DNA of 64,000 bases from an uncultured Bacillales bacterium (GCA_946539445.1 CAMNHK010000003.1:1746-65745); one strand, 5' to 3'; shown: positions 45,953 to 56,197, counted from the first letter of the stretch. Made by a program: numbers and translations. The notes: generated by a model not told the origin, from the letters alone.

Positions 45953-46546
45953 CTAGGCAATTTTATGACTAACCGCTATACCATCACCAACATCTAAGAA
46001 TTCTGTTTCATAGGCATAATGGTTTTCCAAAAACGTATGATAGTCTTTTACTTTACGAACCAATTGTCTTAAATCACGACTCTTAATTTCTTCCAAGTTT
46101 TTTTCCACCAATCCATGAAAATTCATATTATCGGTAATAATGGTTCCTTCCGGAGCAAGATTTCTTTCAAAGCGTTCAAATAATCTTTGGTTTTGAGCCT
46201 TAGCAGCATCAATAAAAATCAAATCAAATTGTTCATCAAAACTAACATCAAAAGCATCCTTATAAATTAAATGAATTCTCTCTTCTAATTTCATTTTTTT
46301 AATATTTTTAATAGCTTCCAAATAACGTTTTTCATCTCTTTCAATCGTCGTTACAACTACATCTGGATGAACGCTACATAACATAATAGCAGAATACCCA
46401 ATAGCAGTTCCAATTTCTAAGATATTACGAACCGAATGTTTATCAACATAGTTCATCAAATAACGCATACTACTATCTGCCATAATAGGAACATTATTCA
46501 TATCGGCATAATTCTTAATTTCACGTATTATATTTTCATCAAACAT
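45953..46546 (-). CDS. SAM-dependent O-methyltransferase (class I family 3, YrrM/TrmR-like)
   Basis: Start at MFDENIIREI (ATG 46546 after AGAGGAA; the longer track ORF would overlap mltG). SAM motif ILEIGTAIGYSAIML, then IFIDAAKAQN. Confidence 0.8.
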   Translation of the reverse strand: MFDENIIREIKNYADMNNVPIMADSSMRYLMNYVDKHSVRNILEIGTAIGYSAIMLCSVHPDVVVTTIERDEKRYLEAIKNIKKMKLEERIHLIYKDAFDVSFDEQFDLIFIDAAKAQNQRLFERFERNLAPEGTIITDNMNFHGLVEKNLEEIKSRDLRQLVRKVKDYHTFLENHYAYETEFLDVGDGIAVSHKIA

Positions 46547-46559
46547 TTTCTCATTCCTC

Positions 46560-47624
46560 TTACCAAATCCAATCACCATTTGCTTTGATTTCTTGGATTT
46601 TTTTATTATGTTCTTCTTTTGTTTTTGTAAAATAAATCTTTCCATGCTTATCTGCTACGAAATAATAGTAATCCGATGCAGTAGGAGCAACGCTAGCTTG
46701 AACACTTGAATCACTTGGATTACAAATTGGTCCAACTGGCATCTTACCTGCCATACTATCTAATCGAGTATTATAGGGATTAACATCTTTTAATTGTTGA
46801 TCCGTAATATCATTCTTCATAGAAGCTTGTACCCCATAATATGCAGTAACATCACTTCCTAAATTCATATGAGCCTTTAAACGATTTTCAAATACTCCAA
46901 CAATTAACATACGATTATCGGTATTAGTTCCCTCTAAATCCGCCATAGAAGCCATCGTCAAATAATAATGTGGATCCTTTTGCATAGTCTCCTTATAAGG
47001 CTCTAAACGTTTCTCATTTTGCTTTAATAACGTTTCAATAATATCTTTAACATCCACATCGGCATTCATAAAATGATAAGTCTCAGGCGCTAAATATCCT
47101 TCTAATGGATAATACAACTCTGGATTTAAAATATCATCGGTCAAAAACCAATACTTTCCTACCAATGTTTTTGCATAATCCACATCTTGAAATACCGCTA
47201 AAACTTCTTCATAAGTGTGATTTGTTTTTTCAGAGATTGCTAAAGCATAAGAAGTAATTCTTTCCCCTTCACGGAATGTAATACGAACTTCATCCGGATT
47301 ATAAGAATTTCCTTTTTCCAAAGTTTCAATAATTTCATTCAAATTCATAGACTTATTTAAAACATAAGTAGAAGCTTTCAAAGAACCTACATGATTCATT
47401 TTCAAATACACTTTAAACAAAAGTTCACTATGAATTAATTGTTTTTCTTTTAAAATACTACCAATCTTACTAGACGTCGATCCACTTGGAATCACAACTT
47501 CAATATCTGCTTTATCTTTAGAATCAACTGGTCCTGCTAGATAAATCCATGTTCCACCTGCCGCTAAACAAAGAATGGCTAATAATATCAAAATATATAA
47601 TAGTGGTTTTGCTTTTTTCTTCAT
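46560..47624 (-). CDS. mltG: Endolytic murein transglycosylase MltG (YceG-like)
   Basis: 354 aa. N-terminal TM. ASMADLEG (catalytic Glu context) and NPYNTRLDSMAGKMPVGPICNPS, typical of the YceG family. Confidence 0.88.
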   Translation of the reverse strand: MKKKAKPLLYILILLAILCLAAGGTWIYLAGPVDSKDKADIEVVIPSGSTSSKIGSILKEKQLIHSELLFKVYLKMNHVGSLKASTYVLNKSMNLNEIIETLEKGNSYNPDEVRITFREGERITSYALAISEKTNHTYEEVLAVFQDVDYAKTLVGKYWFLTDDILNPELYYPLEGYLAPETYHFMNADVDVKDIIETLLKQNEKRLEPYKETMQKDPHYYLTMASMADLEGTNTDNRMLIVGVFENRLKAHMNLGSDVTAYYGVQASMKNDITDQQLKDVNPYNTRLDSMAGKMPVGPICNPSDSSVQASVAPTASDYYYFVADKHGKIYFTKTKEEHNKKIQEIKANGDWIW

Positions 47625-47648
47625 ACTTCCTCCAGAAAAAATAAAGAG

Positions 47649-47945
47649 CTATTGCTCATTATTTTCTTCATTTTCCCGTTTTTTACGAACTTCTTCTTGT
47701 AATGTTTCCAAGATAGTTTCAATCACTTTCCACTCTTTTTCCGTCTTGATAGCCTCTAATCTACTTTGAGGATCTTCTGGATCATAAATGGAAGCATAAA
47801 CTTCAATATTTCCTTTTTCATCTCTTGTATTATCCGTGTAGACAATATAGTTTTTCCCAGTTTCATCACTCTCAAAAGTAAATAAAACATCATATACTAC
47901 TTCTACACCATTTTCATCTAACATAGAAAATGTATTTTTTTTCAT
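47649..47945 (-). CDS. DUF1292-family protein
   Basis: 98 aa. LDENGVEVVYDVLFTFESDETGKNYIVYTDN pattern. Conserved position next to ruvX. Confidence 0.7.
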   Translation of the reverse strand: MKKNTFSMLDENGVEVVYDVLFTFESDETGKNYIVYTDNTRDEKGNIEVYASIYDPEDPQSRLEAIKTEKEWKVIETILETLQEEVRKKRENEENNEQ

Positions 47946-48361
47946 TCTCTTTCTCTCCTATCTAAATATGTTTGTAAAATAATTGTTGCCGCCACACTAT
48001 CTACTACCTTTTTACGATCCTTTCTTCGAACATTTCCTTGGATCAATAAATCCGTAGCACTTTTCGTCGTAAGTCTTTCGTCCTGTAAAATTATAGGAAT
48101 AGAAACTCTCTCTTGCAATTTCTTTTGAAATTCCAAACTAAGTTTCCCTTTAGGACCTATCGTATTATTCATATTTTTAGGGAAACCAAGTACAACAGCC
48201 TCAATTTCTAATTCCGAAATAATACTCAAAACTTCCTCCAATAAGCGATCATATTCCTCCTCGTGACGAATCGTTTTATAACTACTCGCAATCATCCCAG
48301 TTGGATCACTAACCGCAATTCCTAAAGTACGACTTCCTAAATCTAAACCTAAATATCTCAT
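47942..48361 (-). CDS. ruvX: Putative pre-16S rRNA nuclease / Holliday junction resolvase-like RuvX (YqgF)
   Basis: 139 aa. MRYLGLDLGSRTLGIAVSD N-terminus and QDERLTT motif. Confidence 0.9.
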   Translation of the reverse strand: MRYLGLDLGSRTLGIAVSDPTGMIASSYKTIRHEEEYDRLLEEVLSIISELEIEAVVLGFPKNMNNTIGPKGKLSLEFQKKLQERVSIPIILQDERLTTKSATDLLIQGNVRRKDRKKVVDSVAATIILQTYLDRRERE

Positions 48362-48612
48362 TGATGATTCTCTTGAAATTCTGTTAATAATATTTCGACA
48401 ATTTTAGCACGATCAATATTTTGAATTTTATTTCTAGCATCTTTATAGTTCGAAATATATCCAGGATCCCCACTAATCAAATATCCTACGATTTGATTAG
48501 TTGGATTATAACCTCTTTCTTTTAAAGATTCATATACTTCTTTCAAAGTAGTTCTAGTTAATTCTGCATCAACCTCATGAAGATCAAATAAACTTGTTTG
48601 TTCTTGTGGCAT
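48358..48612 (-). CDS. IreB-family regulatory protein (UPF0297/DUF965)
   Basis: 84 aa. YESLKERGYNPTNQIVGYLISGDPGYISNYKDARNKI is the family core. Confidence 0.8.
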   Translation of the reverse strand: MPQEQTSLFDLHEVDAELTRTTLKEVYESLKERGYNPTNQIVGYLISGDPGYISNYKDARNKIQNIDRAKIVEILLTEFQENHQ

Positions 48613-48675
48613 ACTCTCACCTCACATAATTCTATACTCTTTTATTGTATCATTCAAAAATAAGAAAAACAATCA

Positions 48676-49827
48676 CTAAGCGCTATAGACAAACGCTAAA
48701 TATCCAATAAATGCAGTAAATATCGCAACAATAATCCAGCCGTTTACTTTTTCAAAAGTAGAAGTTTTATCTTTTACCCCAAGAGCCATCGTAATCATAG
48801 CTCCACCAATTAAACCACCAATATGAGCAAAATTATCAACTCCACCCATAAAGAATCCTAATCCTAAATTTAAAGCAATTAATGGAATAATCTGACTCTT
48901 TAAAACATTTCCTAAATAAACACGATAATAATATCCAAAATAAACCAAAGCTCCCATTAATCCAAAGATGGCTCCACTTGCTCCAACAGAAGCTGCGGAT
49001 GCATTAAAAGTCATAGAAAACAATGCACCTATAAATCCAGAAAAAAGATAAATAATAGGATACTTAATTTTTCCTAAAAAGTTCTCAATTTGCGAACCAA
49101 TTACATATAAGGCATAACAGTTAAACAATAAGTGGAAAAATCCACCATGTAAAATAGTTCCAGTAAATAGTCGATAATATTGTCCGGCACGAATACTTGG
49201 ACCATGAACACAAAAATCATTAATAACATTTTGATATTGTCCAAGTAATAAAGGAACAAGATAAAAAATAACATTAACAGCTATAAAGAAATACGTAACG
49301 TAAGGTCCTTTATTACGAAATAATTTTGCCATTTTACTAGCATCCTCTCGATTGTGTTGATTAATATCATTCGTTATTTTAGCAAATAATTCAACACCCT
49401 CTTCACTATATTCCATCTTACTACTTAAATCTGGAAAAAGTTTTTTAATAATCTCACTCTTTTCAATATCTTCCTCATCTTTTACACTAATAGCCATCAA
49501 ATTTGGATCTTCGTTAATCTCTTTTTTGACATTTTCTCCCATATCTAAAAAGATACTCATTACATTTAAATGAAAAGAAAAAGTTTTCTTTTTAATTTTT
49601 TTCACAATTCTTTTCGTTTTAAATACATCAAAACTATATTGTTCATCATTATGAATATAATTTGAAACAATACGGACAACTTTACAATCTTCTTCTAAGT
49701 TTTCTAGCCAAATTTCATTATCTACCCCTTGTAAAATAATAGGATTATAATTTTTTTCGGTTATAAAATAATGAAGCAATTTCATCGTTATAACACTTTT
49801 GTCATCTTGCATGAACTCTGTTTCCAT
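48676..49827 (-). CDS. Rhomboid-family intramembrane serine protease with N-terminal cytoplasmic domain
   Basis: Start at METEFMQDD (ATG 49827 after AGGAGG). YRLFTGTILHGGFFHLLFN, catalytic GASGAIFGLMGAL and HIGGLIGG. Confidence 0.8.
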   Translation of the reverse strand: METEFMQDDKSVITMKLLHYFITEKNYNPIILQGVDNEIWLENLEEDCKVVRIVSNYIHNDEQYSFDVFKTKRIVKKIKKKTFSFHLNVMSIFLDMGENVKKEINEDPNLMAISVKDEEDIEKSEIIKKLFPDLSSKMEYSEEGVELFAKITNDINQHNREDASKMAKLFRNKGPYVTYFFIAVNVIFYLVPLLLGQYQNVINDFCVHGPSIRAGQYYRLFTGTILHGGFFHLLFNCYALYVIGSQIENFLGKIKYPIIYLFSGFIGALFSMTFNASAASVGASGAIFGLMGALVYFGYYYRVYLGNVLKSQIIPLIALNLGLGFFMGGVDNFAHIGGLIGGAMITMALGVKDKTSTFEKVNGWIIVAIFTAFIGYLAFVYSA

Positions 49828-49897
49828 AAAATTTCCTCCTAAAAAACTAATAATATTATAATATAAAACATAAAATAAGAAAAGAGGAGATGAAAAA

Positions 49898-50356
49898 ATG
49901 ATAAAAAAGTTATTTACATTTGCATTATGTTTACTACCTTGGTTTATAAACAATTTATTCCCAGTAGATTATAGTTACTATGACAAAATTAAATTACCAT
50001 TCTTTGCTCCACCCCAATTATTTTATCCAATTGCCTGGACAATTATTTACATCTTGATAGCCATTACCATCTATTATGTTATAAACTCCTATTCAATGAA
50101 GAATATTCCGATTCACTATAAAATAACGCTCCTAGTAAATTATCTATTTAACCAAAGTTATACGTTAGTATTCTTTGGATTAAAAAATCCATTCTTAGGA
50201 TTTGTTTCATGTTTAGGAACATTCTTAAGTACTCTATTTCTTTATGAAGAAACTACTCTACTTCATAACAAAATATCCAAACTACTCTACTTCTATATTG
50301 CCTTATCTCTATTTGCCACAATTCTTTCTCTTTCTATCTATGTATTAAATATATAA
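49898..50356 (+). CDS. tspO: TspO/MBR family tryptophan-rich sensory protein
   Basis: 152 aa, five TMs. YDKIKLPFFAPPQLFYPIAWTIIYILIA matches the TspO N-terminal signature. Confidence 0.75.
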   Translation: MIKKLFTFALCLLPWFINNLFPVDYSYYDKIKLPFFAPPQLFYPIAWTIIYILIAITIYYVINSYSMKNIPIHYKITLLVNYLFNQSYTLVFFGLKNPFLGFVSCLGTFLSTLFLYEETTLLHNKISKLLYFYIALSLFATILSLSIYVLNI

Positions 50357-50383
50357 AAAAAGAAACAAATTTGTTTCTTTTTT
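50357..50383. terminator. Bidirectional terminator between tspO and the histidine kinase gene
   Basis: AGAAACA-aatt-TGTTTCT palindrome flanked by an A-run and a T-run. Confidence 0.5.
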
Positions 50384-52880
50384 ATTCTGCAATTGGATTA
50401 TGTTCAACGTAGGTTCTCGCAATTTCCAACACTTTATGATATTCCTCTTCTAAACGAGAAAAATTATTCATAACAAAATCAGAATCATTATCTTTACTCT
50501 TTAGTTCATGTTCATAAGCAATATCCGCAAGACTCATAAATCCTAAATATTTACAATCACTCTTCAAAGAATGAACCTCAATCGCATAATTTGGCATATC
50601 ATTTTTTTCTTTATACTCTAGAATTCGATTCCATTTTTCATCCACTTCATTCATAAAATCATGAATTGTCATATTATACATATCCATATCTCCAAGTAAT
50701 TCCAAAGCATGATTAATATCCGCACCATTCTTTTCTAAATAAGTACGATCATATACTTCTTCAGAATTAGGAACTTGAATATCCACAACTGGAATTAAAT
50801 CAACTTTTGGAACCATTTGTGGTTCTTCTTCTAACTGCTCTATTTCAGGAAGCGTATCCACTTCAATTGGATTCATGGAAATCGTTTTTTCCTTATAATT
50901 ACGCTCAACTTGATCTCCTAAAAGGTCTTCAATATTATCTTCTACTGGAATGATTCCATTCTTCTTTCTCTCTTCCTCAGCTTTATCATAATCCTCTGGA
51001 TTAGGAATTTCTTCACTTCGAATCGCCTCATTGGAAACACTTTCAGATGGAATCGGAATATCTTCTGTTACACTTCTTCCTAATAATTGATTAATAACTA
51101 GAATCAACTGTTCTTTTTCAATTGGTTTGGCTAAATAATCATCAAACCCTTCGGATAAGTATTTCTCTCTCATTCCCGTAACAGCATTAGCGGTTAAGGC
51201 AACAACTGGTGTTTTAAAATCAGCTATCTCTTTTAATTTTTTAAGAGTTTCAACTCCACTCATCTTTGGCATCATATCATCCAAAAGAATCAAATCGTAA
51301 ACCTCACCTCTTTGAATTCTCGCAACACAATCGAATCCACTATCACTAGTAACCAAACAATTTGCATTATAACGTCCTAATAACTTACAAGCAACTTTCA
51401 AATTTAATGGAGTATCATCTACTAACAAAATACGTACATTGTGTAAATCCAAAGTAGTTTTGACTTTCTTAGTTTCTTGAGCCGTTGACTTCTCAATTCT
51501 TTGATTTAAAACAACTGTAAATTTAGATCCTTCTCCATAAACCGTATGAACAATAATTTTTCCACCCATTAATTCAATTAACTGTTTTGTAATGGCAAGT
51601 CCAAGTCCCGTACCTTCAATCGTAGTATTTCGGTCTTCATCCAAACGTTGAAACTTCGTAAACATTTTATCGATACTTTCTTTCTTTATTCCTCGTCCAG
51701 AATCTTCAACTGAAATAATAAGCTTAGACACATCTTTTGTATTAATACAATTTACCTCATAATGAACAAAACCCTTATCCGTATATTTAGAAGCATTCGA
51801 AAGTAAATTCGTAACAATTTTTTTAAGATTAGCATGATCTCCAAATAAGGTTTGCGGTAAATCAGGCGCAATCTTATAAGTAAAATCAAGTCCCTTTTCA
51901 TTCATCTTAGGAGTAATCAATTTTGCAAGTTCCAAGAATGTTTCAGGAGCATTATATTTCGAATTAACAATTTCAATCTTACCGGCTTCTATTTTAGAAA
52001 TATCCAAAATACCATTAACAATCTCTAATAAAGTTTGACTAGCATTAACAATATCTTTCGCATTTTCCTGAGCCTCATCTAACGTATTAGCATCCATAAT
52101 ACAATCACTAAAACCAACAATAGCATTTAATGGAGTACGAATTTCATGAGACATACTAGATAAGAAATCTGTCTTAGCACGATTAGCCTTATCAGCCTGC
52201 TCACGAGCTACTTCCAATTCTTGAATCATCTTAACATCAGGATTTTCAATAGTAAAGTACATAACATAATTAATAAATGTCAAAGAAATTGAAACAACCA
52301 CTAAATATGGATTATATGAAAATATAAAAAATAACAATACAATTAAACAAGTTGTAGCAATAACAGGTATATGGCGAAGAGTAATTCTTTTATAATTAAT
52401 CAACGTAACTACAATTGAAGCAACGATAAAAATAGCACAAATAAAATAATTGATAGTTACTGACAAACCTTCAATACTAAAATTTCCATTTTGTGATATC
52501 ACATTGATATCGGTGAAAAAAATAGCCAACATAAATAACACATTGCTAAATATTAATGGATACTTAATTTTTCTAATAATATCAGTTAATGAAGAATAAT
52601 TTATTAAAACATTATATAGCAAAAAGCAATTTGCAAAAACAATCAAACAGCAAAAATCAATTTTATTAAAAAGTTGTATATAAAACAAATGCTTTTCAGG
52701 GCCACTTATGATAGCAATAGAATGAACTGTAGTAACCAAAATGCTATCTATGACACTACAAATCAACATAATAGAATATATTTTATTCTCAACCAAATCT
52801 ATTCTTTCTTTTGAAAAGTAAACAAATAAAAGCAATAATGAAAAAACTATCGAACAAATTGGCAATAAAACACCAGACAC
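50382..52880 (-). CDS. Hybrid sensor histidine kinase (TM sensor - HisKA - HATPase - REC - HPt)
   Basis: 832 aa. About 6-7 N-terminal TMs, H-box SHEIRTPLNAI, G-boxes DSGRGI and GTGLGLAI. Receiver domain ILLVDDTPLN...DLILLDDMMPKMSG...ALTA...K, and a C-terminal HPt-like EVHSLKSDCKYLG. Confidence 0.88.
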   Translation of the reverse strand: MSGVLLPICSIVFSLLLLFVYFSKERIDLVENKIYSIMLICSVIDSILVTTVHSIAIISGPEKHLFYIQLFNKIDFCCLIVFANCFLLYNVLINYSSLTDIIRKIKYPLIFSNVLFMLAIFFTDINVISQNGNFSIEGLSVTINYFICAIFIVASIVVTLINYKRITLRHIPVIATTCLIVLLFFIFSYNPYLVVVSISLTFINYVMYFTIENPDVKMIQELEVAREQADKANRAKTDFLSSMSHEIRTPLNAIVGFSDCIMDANTLDEAQENAKDIVNASQTLLEIVNGILDISKIEAGKIEIVNSKYNAPETFLELAKLITPKMNEKGLDFTYKIAPDLPQTLFGDHANLKKIVTNLLSNASKYTDKGFVHYEVNCINTKDVSKLIISVEDSGRGIKKESIDKMFTKFQRLDEDRNTTIEGTGLGLAITKQLIELMGGKIIVHTVYGEGSKFTVVLNQRIEKSTAQETKKVKTTLDLHNVRILLVDDTPLNLKVACKLLGRYNANCLVTSDSGFDCVARIQRGEVYDLILLDDMMPKMSGVETLKKLKEIADFKTPVVALTANAVTGMREKYLSEGFDDYLAKPIEKEQLILVINQLLGRSVTEDIPIPSESVSNEAIRSEEIPNPEDYDKAEEERKKNGIIPVEDNIEDLLGDQVERNYKEKTISMNPIEVDTLPEIEQLEEEPQMVPKVDLIPVVDIQVPNSEEVYDRTYLEKNGADINHALELLGDMDMYNMTIHDFMNEVDEKWNRILEYKEKNDMPNYAIEVHSLKSDCKYLGFMSLADIAYEHELKSKDNDSDFVMNNFSRLEEEYHKVLEIARTYVEHNPIAE

Positions 52881-52922
52881 ATTATCACACCCTTACTATA
52901 TATAAATATAACATATTTTTTC

Positions 52923-52951
52923 AAAAAAAAAAGAAGAATTAAAATCTTCTT
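52923..52951 (-). terminator. Intrinsic terminator of the acyltransferase gene
   Basis: Minus strand AAGAAGA-ttttaat-TCTTCTT spanning the stop codon, followed by 8 T. Confidence 0.45.
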
Positions 52952-54006
52952 TGAAAATCTTCTCTTTTTTTTACTTTAACTCTTTCTTTTGCATTAATTA
53001 CGTCGGAAACATTCAAAGCATTAACATTATCAATACTTGCTATACTTGCAAACACATCCTCTTCTCTCACCTTATCTTTAGGTCGAAAATCAGCACTCAG
53101 TTCAATTTCACTATCATAACGATCAGCAGTAGCTACTCGTTTTATTAATTCTTCTTCCCAACGTTCACTGAAACTTTTTCCTTGAAGTATTTCTTCTCTT
53201 GTAGATTTTCCATATTTCTCCATCATCAAATAATACCAAGAAGAAATAGTATCTCTAATATAAGATAATCCTTCTTGCTCACTCATACCTTCAATAGAAA
53301 TAGGTTCATCAATAACAGTATGAATTACATTATTATTTTCATCTAGATAATGACAAATAGGAACAATTTTAGATTTGGTTTTGCTTGCAATACGATAGAT
53401 ACCAGGCCATAAATCAATCATCAACAAATTAGGGCTCTTATTCCAAACACCTTCAGGAAAAATAATCAAATCAGTAGTCCCTTTTTCTAATAATTTAATA
53501 CTTTTAAGTACCGTGGAATTCCTAGAAGGTTTAAATTTACGGTTTCCCATTATTACACCATTTGCATACGCTGTAATTCCATCAAAAGTATTATAGAATT
53601 GTGGAACACTACCAAACAAAATATAAGCATGTCTCTTAGCAGCCAAAACAGTGGCCAAAACATCATCCTTAAATCCATGGTTAGCAGCAAAGATAACAGG
53701 CTCATTAGGCAATTGAATGGTCGTTCGTTTTTCTCCTTGAAGACCTATCAATTCATTTTTATCTTCTATAACTTGCCTGCTAGACAAAAACAAAGGACCT
53801 AATTTATCAATAAGAATATGAATTCTTTTTCGAATAGCAATTCTATTATCCTTCAAATCAAGTTCATCTTCTGGATTTAATAAATATCCAAAATGATTCA
53901 TCAAAAAATAAAATAGTTTAGATGGATCATCATCACCAATTAAATCGTGAATATTTATAATATAATCACCATATTTTTTCTCAATATATTCAATACTATT
54001 CTTCAC
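52939..54006 (-). CDS. PlsC-family acyltransferase
   Basis: 355 aa. GTG start after GAGGGGG. HX4D motif in FAANHGFKDD and a second motif IIFPEGVWN. Confidence 0.7.
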   Translation of the reverse strand: MKNSIEYIEKKYGDYIINIHDLIGDDDPSKLFYFLMNHFGYLLNPEDELDLKDNRIAIRKRIHILIDKLGPLFLSSRQVIEDKNELIGLQGEKRTTIQLPNEPVIFAANHGFKDDVLATVLAAKRHAYILFGSVPQFYNTFDGITAYANGVIMGNRKFKPSRNSTVLKSIKLLEKGTTDLIIFPEGVWNKSPNLLMIDLWPGIYRIASKTKSKIVPICHYLDENNNVIHTVIDEPISIEGMSEQEGLSYIRDTISSWYYLMMEKYGKSTREEILQGKSFSERWEEELIKRVATADRYDSEIELSADFRPKDKVREEDVFASIASIDNVNALNVSDVINAKERVKVKKREDFQRRF

Positions 54007-54032
54007 AAAAGTACCCCCTCAAAATTGGCTAT

Positions 54033-54061
54033 ATAATACCACATTTTCACAAATTTTTCAA
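54033..54061 (-). promoter_or_regulatory. SigA-type promoter of the acyltransferase gene
   Basis: Minus strand TTGAAA (54061..54056), 17 nt, then TGgTATTAT (TATTAT at 54038..54033). Confidence 0.45.
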
Positions 54062-54121
54062 GTCTAACATAAGCATAACGGATTTTGAAAAGAAATGTCA
54101 ATTTACTTAACGAAAGTTGAC

Positions 54122-54148
54122 AAAAAAAAAAAAGACTAAAAAGTCTTT
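54122..54148 (-). terminator. Intrinsic terminator after the C39-like gene
   Basis: Minus strand AAAGACT-tttt-AGTCTTT directly after the stop at 54149, followed by 9 T. Confidence 0.45.
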
Positions 54149-54517
54149 TTATTTTTCTAATCGATACAAAGAAATTACATTCATTTTCCAAAATCGATCC
54201 GATTTATCAAAAGCTACTCGATCAATGACTGGGAATAAATGATAATCTTCATCACGGTAACAAAAAATACCATACTTTCCACCATCTAATGATAAATCAT
54301 TTACTATAACAGGTTCTTCCTCTATTTTGGTGTACCCGTTTTTTTCAAAATACTTTTCAAAAACTTCTGTTACATTATAAGAGTCATATCCTAAGGATTC
54401 CGCTATTGATAGTAAGTCTCTTCGAACAGTCAAATAATCCTTTTCGAGTAGTTTCATAAAGGTTCGAATCACACAATCACAGTTCTTAATAGCTGGATTG
54501 TATTCTTGAAACTTCAT
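54149..54517 (-). CDS. Small papain-fold protein resembling a standalone C39-type peptidase domain
   Basis: Start at MKFQEYNP (ATG 54517 after AGAGGTGA). 122 aa. Q-x8-CDCVIRTFMKLL (Gln then Cys nucleophile context), then DYHLFPVIDRVAFDKSD (His then Asp). Spacing and size resemble bacteriocin-leader C39 domains. Motif-level inference only. Confidence 0.35.
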   Translation of the reverse strand: MKFQEYNPAIKNCDCVIRTFMKLLEKDYLTVRRDLLSIAESLGYDSYNVTEVFEKYFEKNGYTKIEEEPVIVNDLSLDGGKYGIFCYRDEDYHLFPVIDRVAFDKSDRFWKMNVISLYRLEK

Positions 54518-54607
54518 ACTATCACCTCTATCACTATTTATCATAATGAATAATCATTTCTTTTTCAAGTAAAAAGTGCTAAAATAAGAAACTAAAGAAG
54601 GGATACT

Positions 54608-56197
54608 ATGGAAGAGATTAGAAAAGACGCCAATCCAAAAGATACCATAAAAAGAATTAAAAAAATATTAAAATCCTTATCCATTCAAACAACCGAGAAA
54701 AAAATCAAAAACATTCATAAAAAATTCTATTCCGTTCGCCTCGAAATCAAAGGCTTTTATCATATGGGAACCAATGGTAAAGGATTAACCAAAAATCTAG
54801 CCAGAGCGTCAGCTTATGCAGAATTAATGGAACGCCTATCTTCTAGAATTTTAATAAATACCTATTATCTTGGAAAAGAAAAGAATCTTTATAGTTTTAC
54901 AGATGAAACAGAAAAGAAAACATCCCAATTACCTTTAACATCCTTTTTAGAAAAAGATTTTTCTCTAGATTCGAAAAAATATCAAATTACTTCTACATTT
55001 CATAATGTTTTTCAAAATAAAGAAGAATATTTACCAATTAAATTAATCAATGCAACATCTTTCTCAAATGGACTATGTGCAGGAAATAGCTATCAAGAAG
55101 CAACATCACAAGGAATTTGTGAAGTATTAGAACGTTTTTGTTACCGAACAATTTTGGAAGAAGAAAAACCTCTTAGTACCATAACACTCGATGAGACAAT
55201 ATCCATCAATAAAAGAATTCAATACTTAGAATCTCTGGGATATACCATAAAAGTAAAAGATTGCAGTCTAGGAAAATATCCAGTGATTGGAGTTTTAATA
55301 TTAGATCATACAAAAGAAAACTATATTTTTACCGTTGGAAGTGATGCCAACATAAATATAGCCATTCAAAGATGTTTAACCGAAGCTTTTCAAGGACTTA
55401 AAAATGAAAAACAATTAAATCAAAAAATGAAACCAATAAAGAATAATTTCTCAAATCTAACAGAGTCTGAAAAAAAGACAAACTGGTTAAAATGCTATGC
55501 CAGCAATAACGGAATACATCCACAAATACTATGGCAAGAAAAAAAGACTCTTTCCTATAAAACAATAAAAGTATTTCAAGAGAAAAAAGATAATACATCA
55601 AACTATGAATATCTATTATCAATCTTAAAGAAAAATCATTTAGACTTATATATAAAAGATTATTCGTATTTAGATTTTCCAGTCTACAAAGTATTTATTC
55701 CTCTTTTATCCAATGTAGACTGTCCTCAAAAAGAAGAATCTTCCCTACTAAACCATCAAGAAAAAATACGAGATATTTATTTTGATCTAACAAAAGAATA
55801 TTCCAAAAAAGAAATACAGGAAGCGATAAACTCCATAAAACCAGTTTTATCGAATGAAAAATATAAATTTATGAATATGGGAAACTATTTTCATTCTTCT
55901 TATTTCTTAAAAACAAACTATAATACCATTTCATTTGAATTGTTCTATCTACTATTAAATTATAAAATCCATACATCCATAAAAGATCTATCATGGATAA
56001 GCAATCCTGTATTAAAAGAATACATTCAAAAAATAGATAGTCAAAGGATAGATAATAAGTTTTCTTATATCATAAAGGACTTAAACTTAAAGACACCAAC
56101 TTGTCCAAACTGTGAAGACTGTCCATGTCGTAGAAATTGTAAATATAAGAATTGGAAAAAAATCAATGAATCATTAAAAAAGAAAGAAACCAATTAA
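54608..56197 (+). CDS. ycaO: YcaO-domain protein (standalone) with Cys-rich C-terminal tail
   Basis: 529 aa. GTNGKGLTKNLARASAYAELMERLSS and SNGLCAGNSYQEATSQGICEVLERF are the two hallmark YcaO ATP/Mg-binding segments. Tail is TPTCPNCEDCPCRRNCKYKNW. Confidence 0.85.
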   Translation: MEEIRKDANPKDTIKRIKKILKSLSIQTTEKKIKNIHKKFYSVRLEIKGFYHMGTNGKGLTKNLARASAYAELMERLSSRILINTYYLGKEKNLYSFTDETEKKTSQLPLTSFLEKDFSLDSKKYQITSTFHNVFQNKEEYLPIKLINATSFSNGLCAGNSYQEATSQGICEVLERFCYRTILEEEKPLSTITLDETISINKRIQYLESLGYTIKVKDCSLGKYPVIGVLILDHTKENYIFTVGSDANINIAIQRCLTEAFQGLKNEKQLNQKMKPIKNNFSNLTESEKKTNWLKCYASNNGIHPQILWQEKKTLSYKTIKVFQEKKDNTSNYEYLLSILKKNHLDLYIKDYSYLDFPVYKVFIPLLSNVDCPQKEESSLLNHQEKIRDIYFDLTKEYSKKEIQEAINSIKPVLSNEKYKFMNMGNYFHSSYFLKTNYNTISFELFYLLLNYKIHTSIKDLSWISNPVLKEYIQKIDSQRIDNKFSYIIKDLNLKTPTCPNCEDCPCRRNCKYKNWKKINESLKKKETN

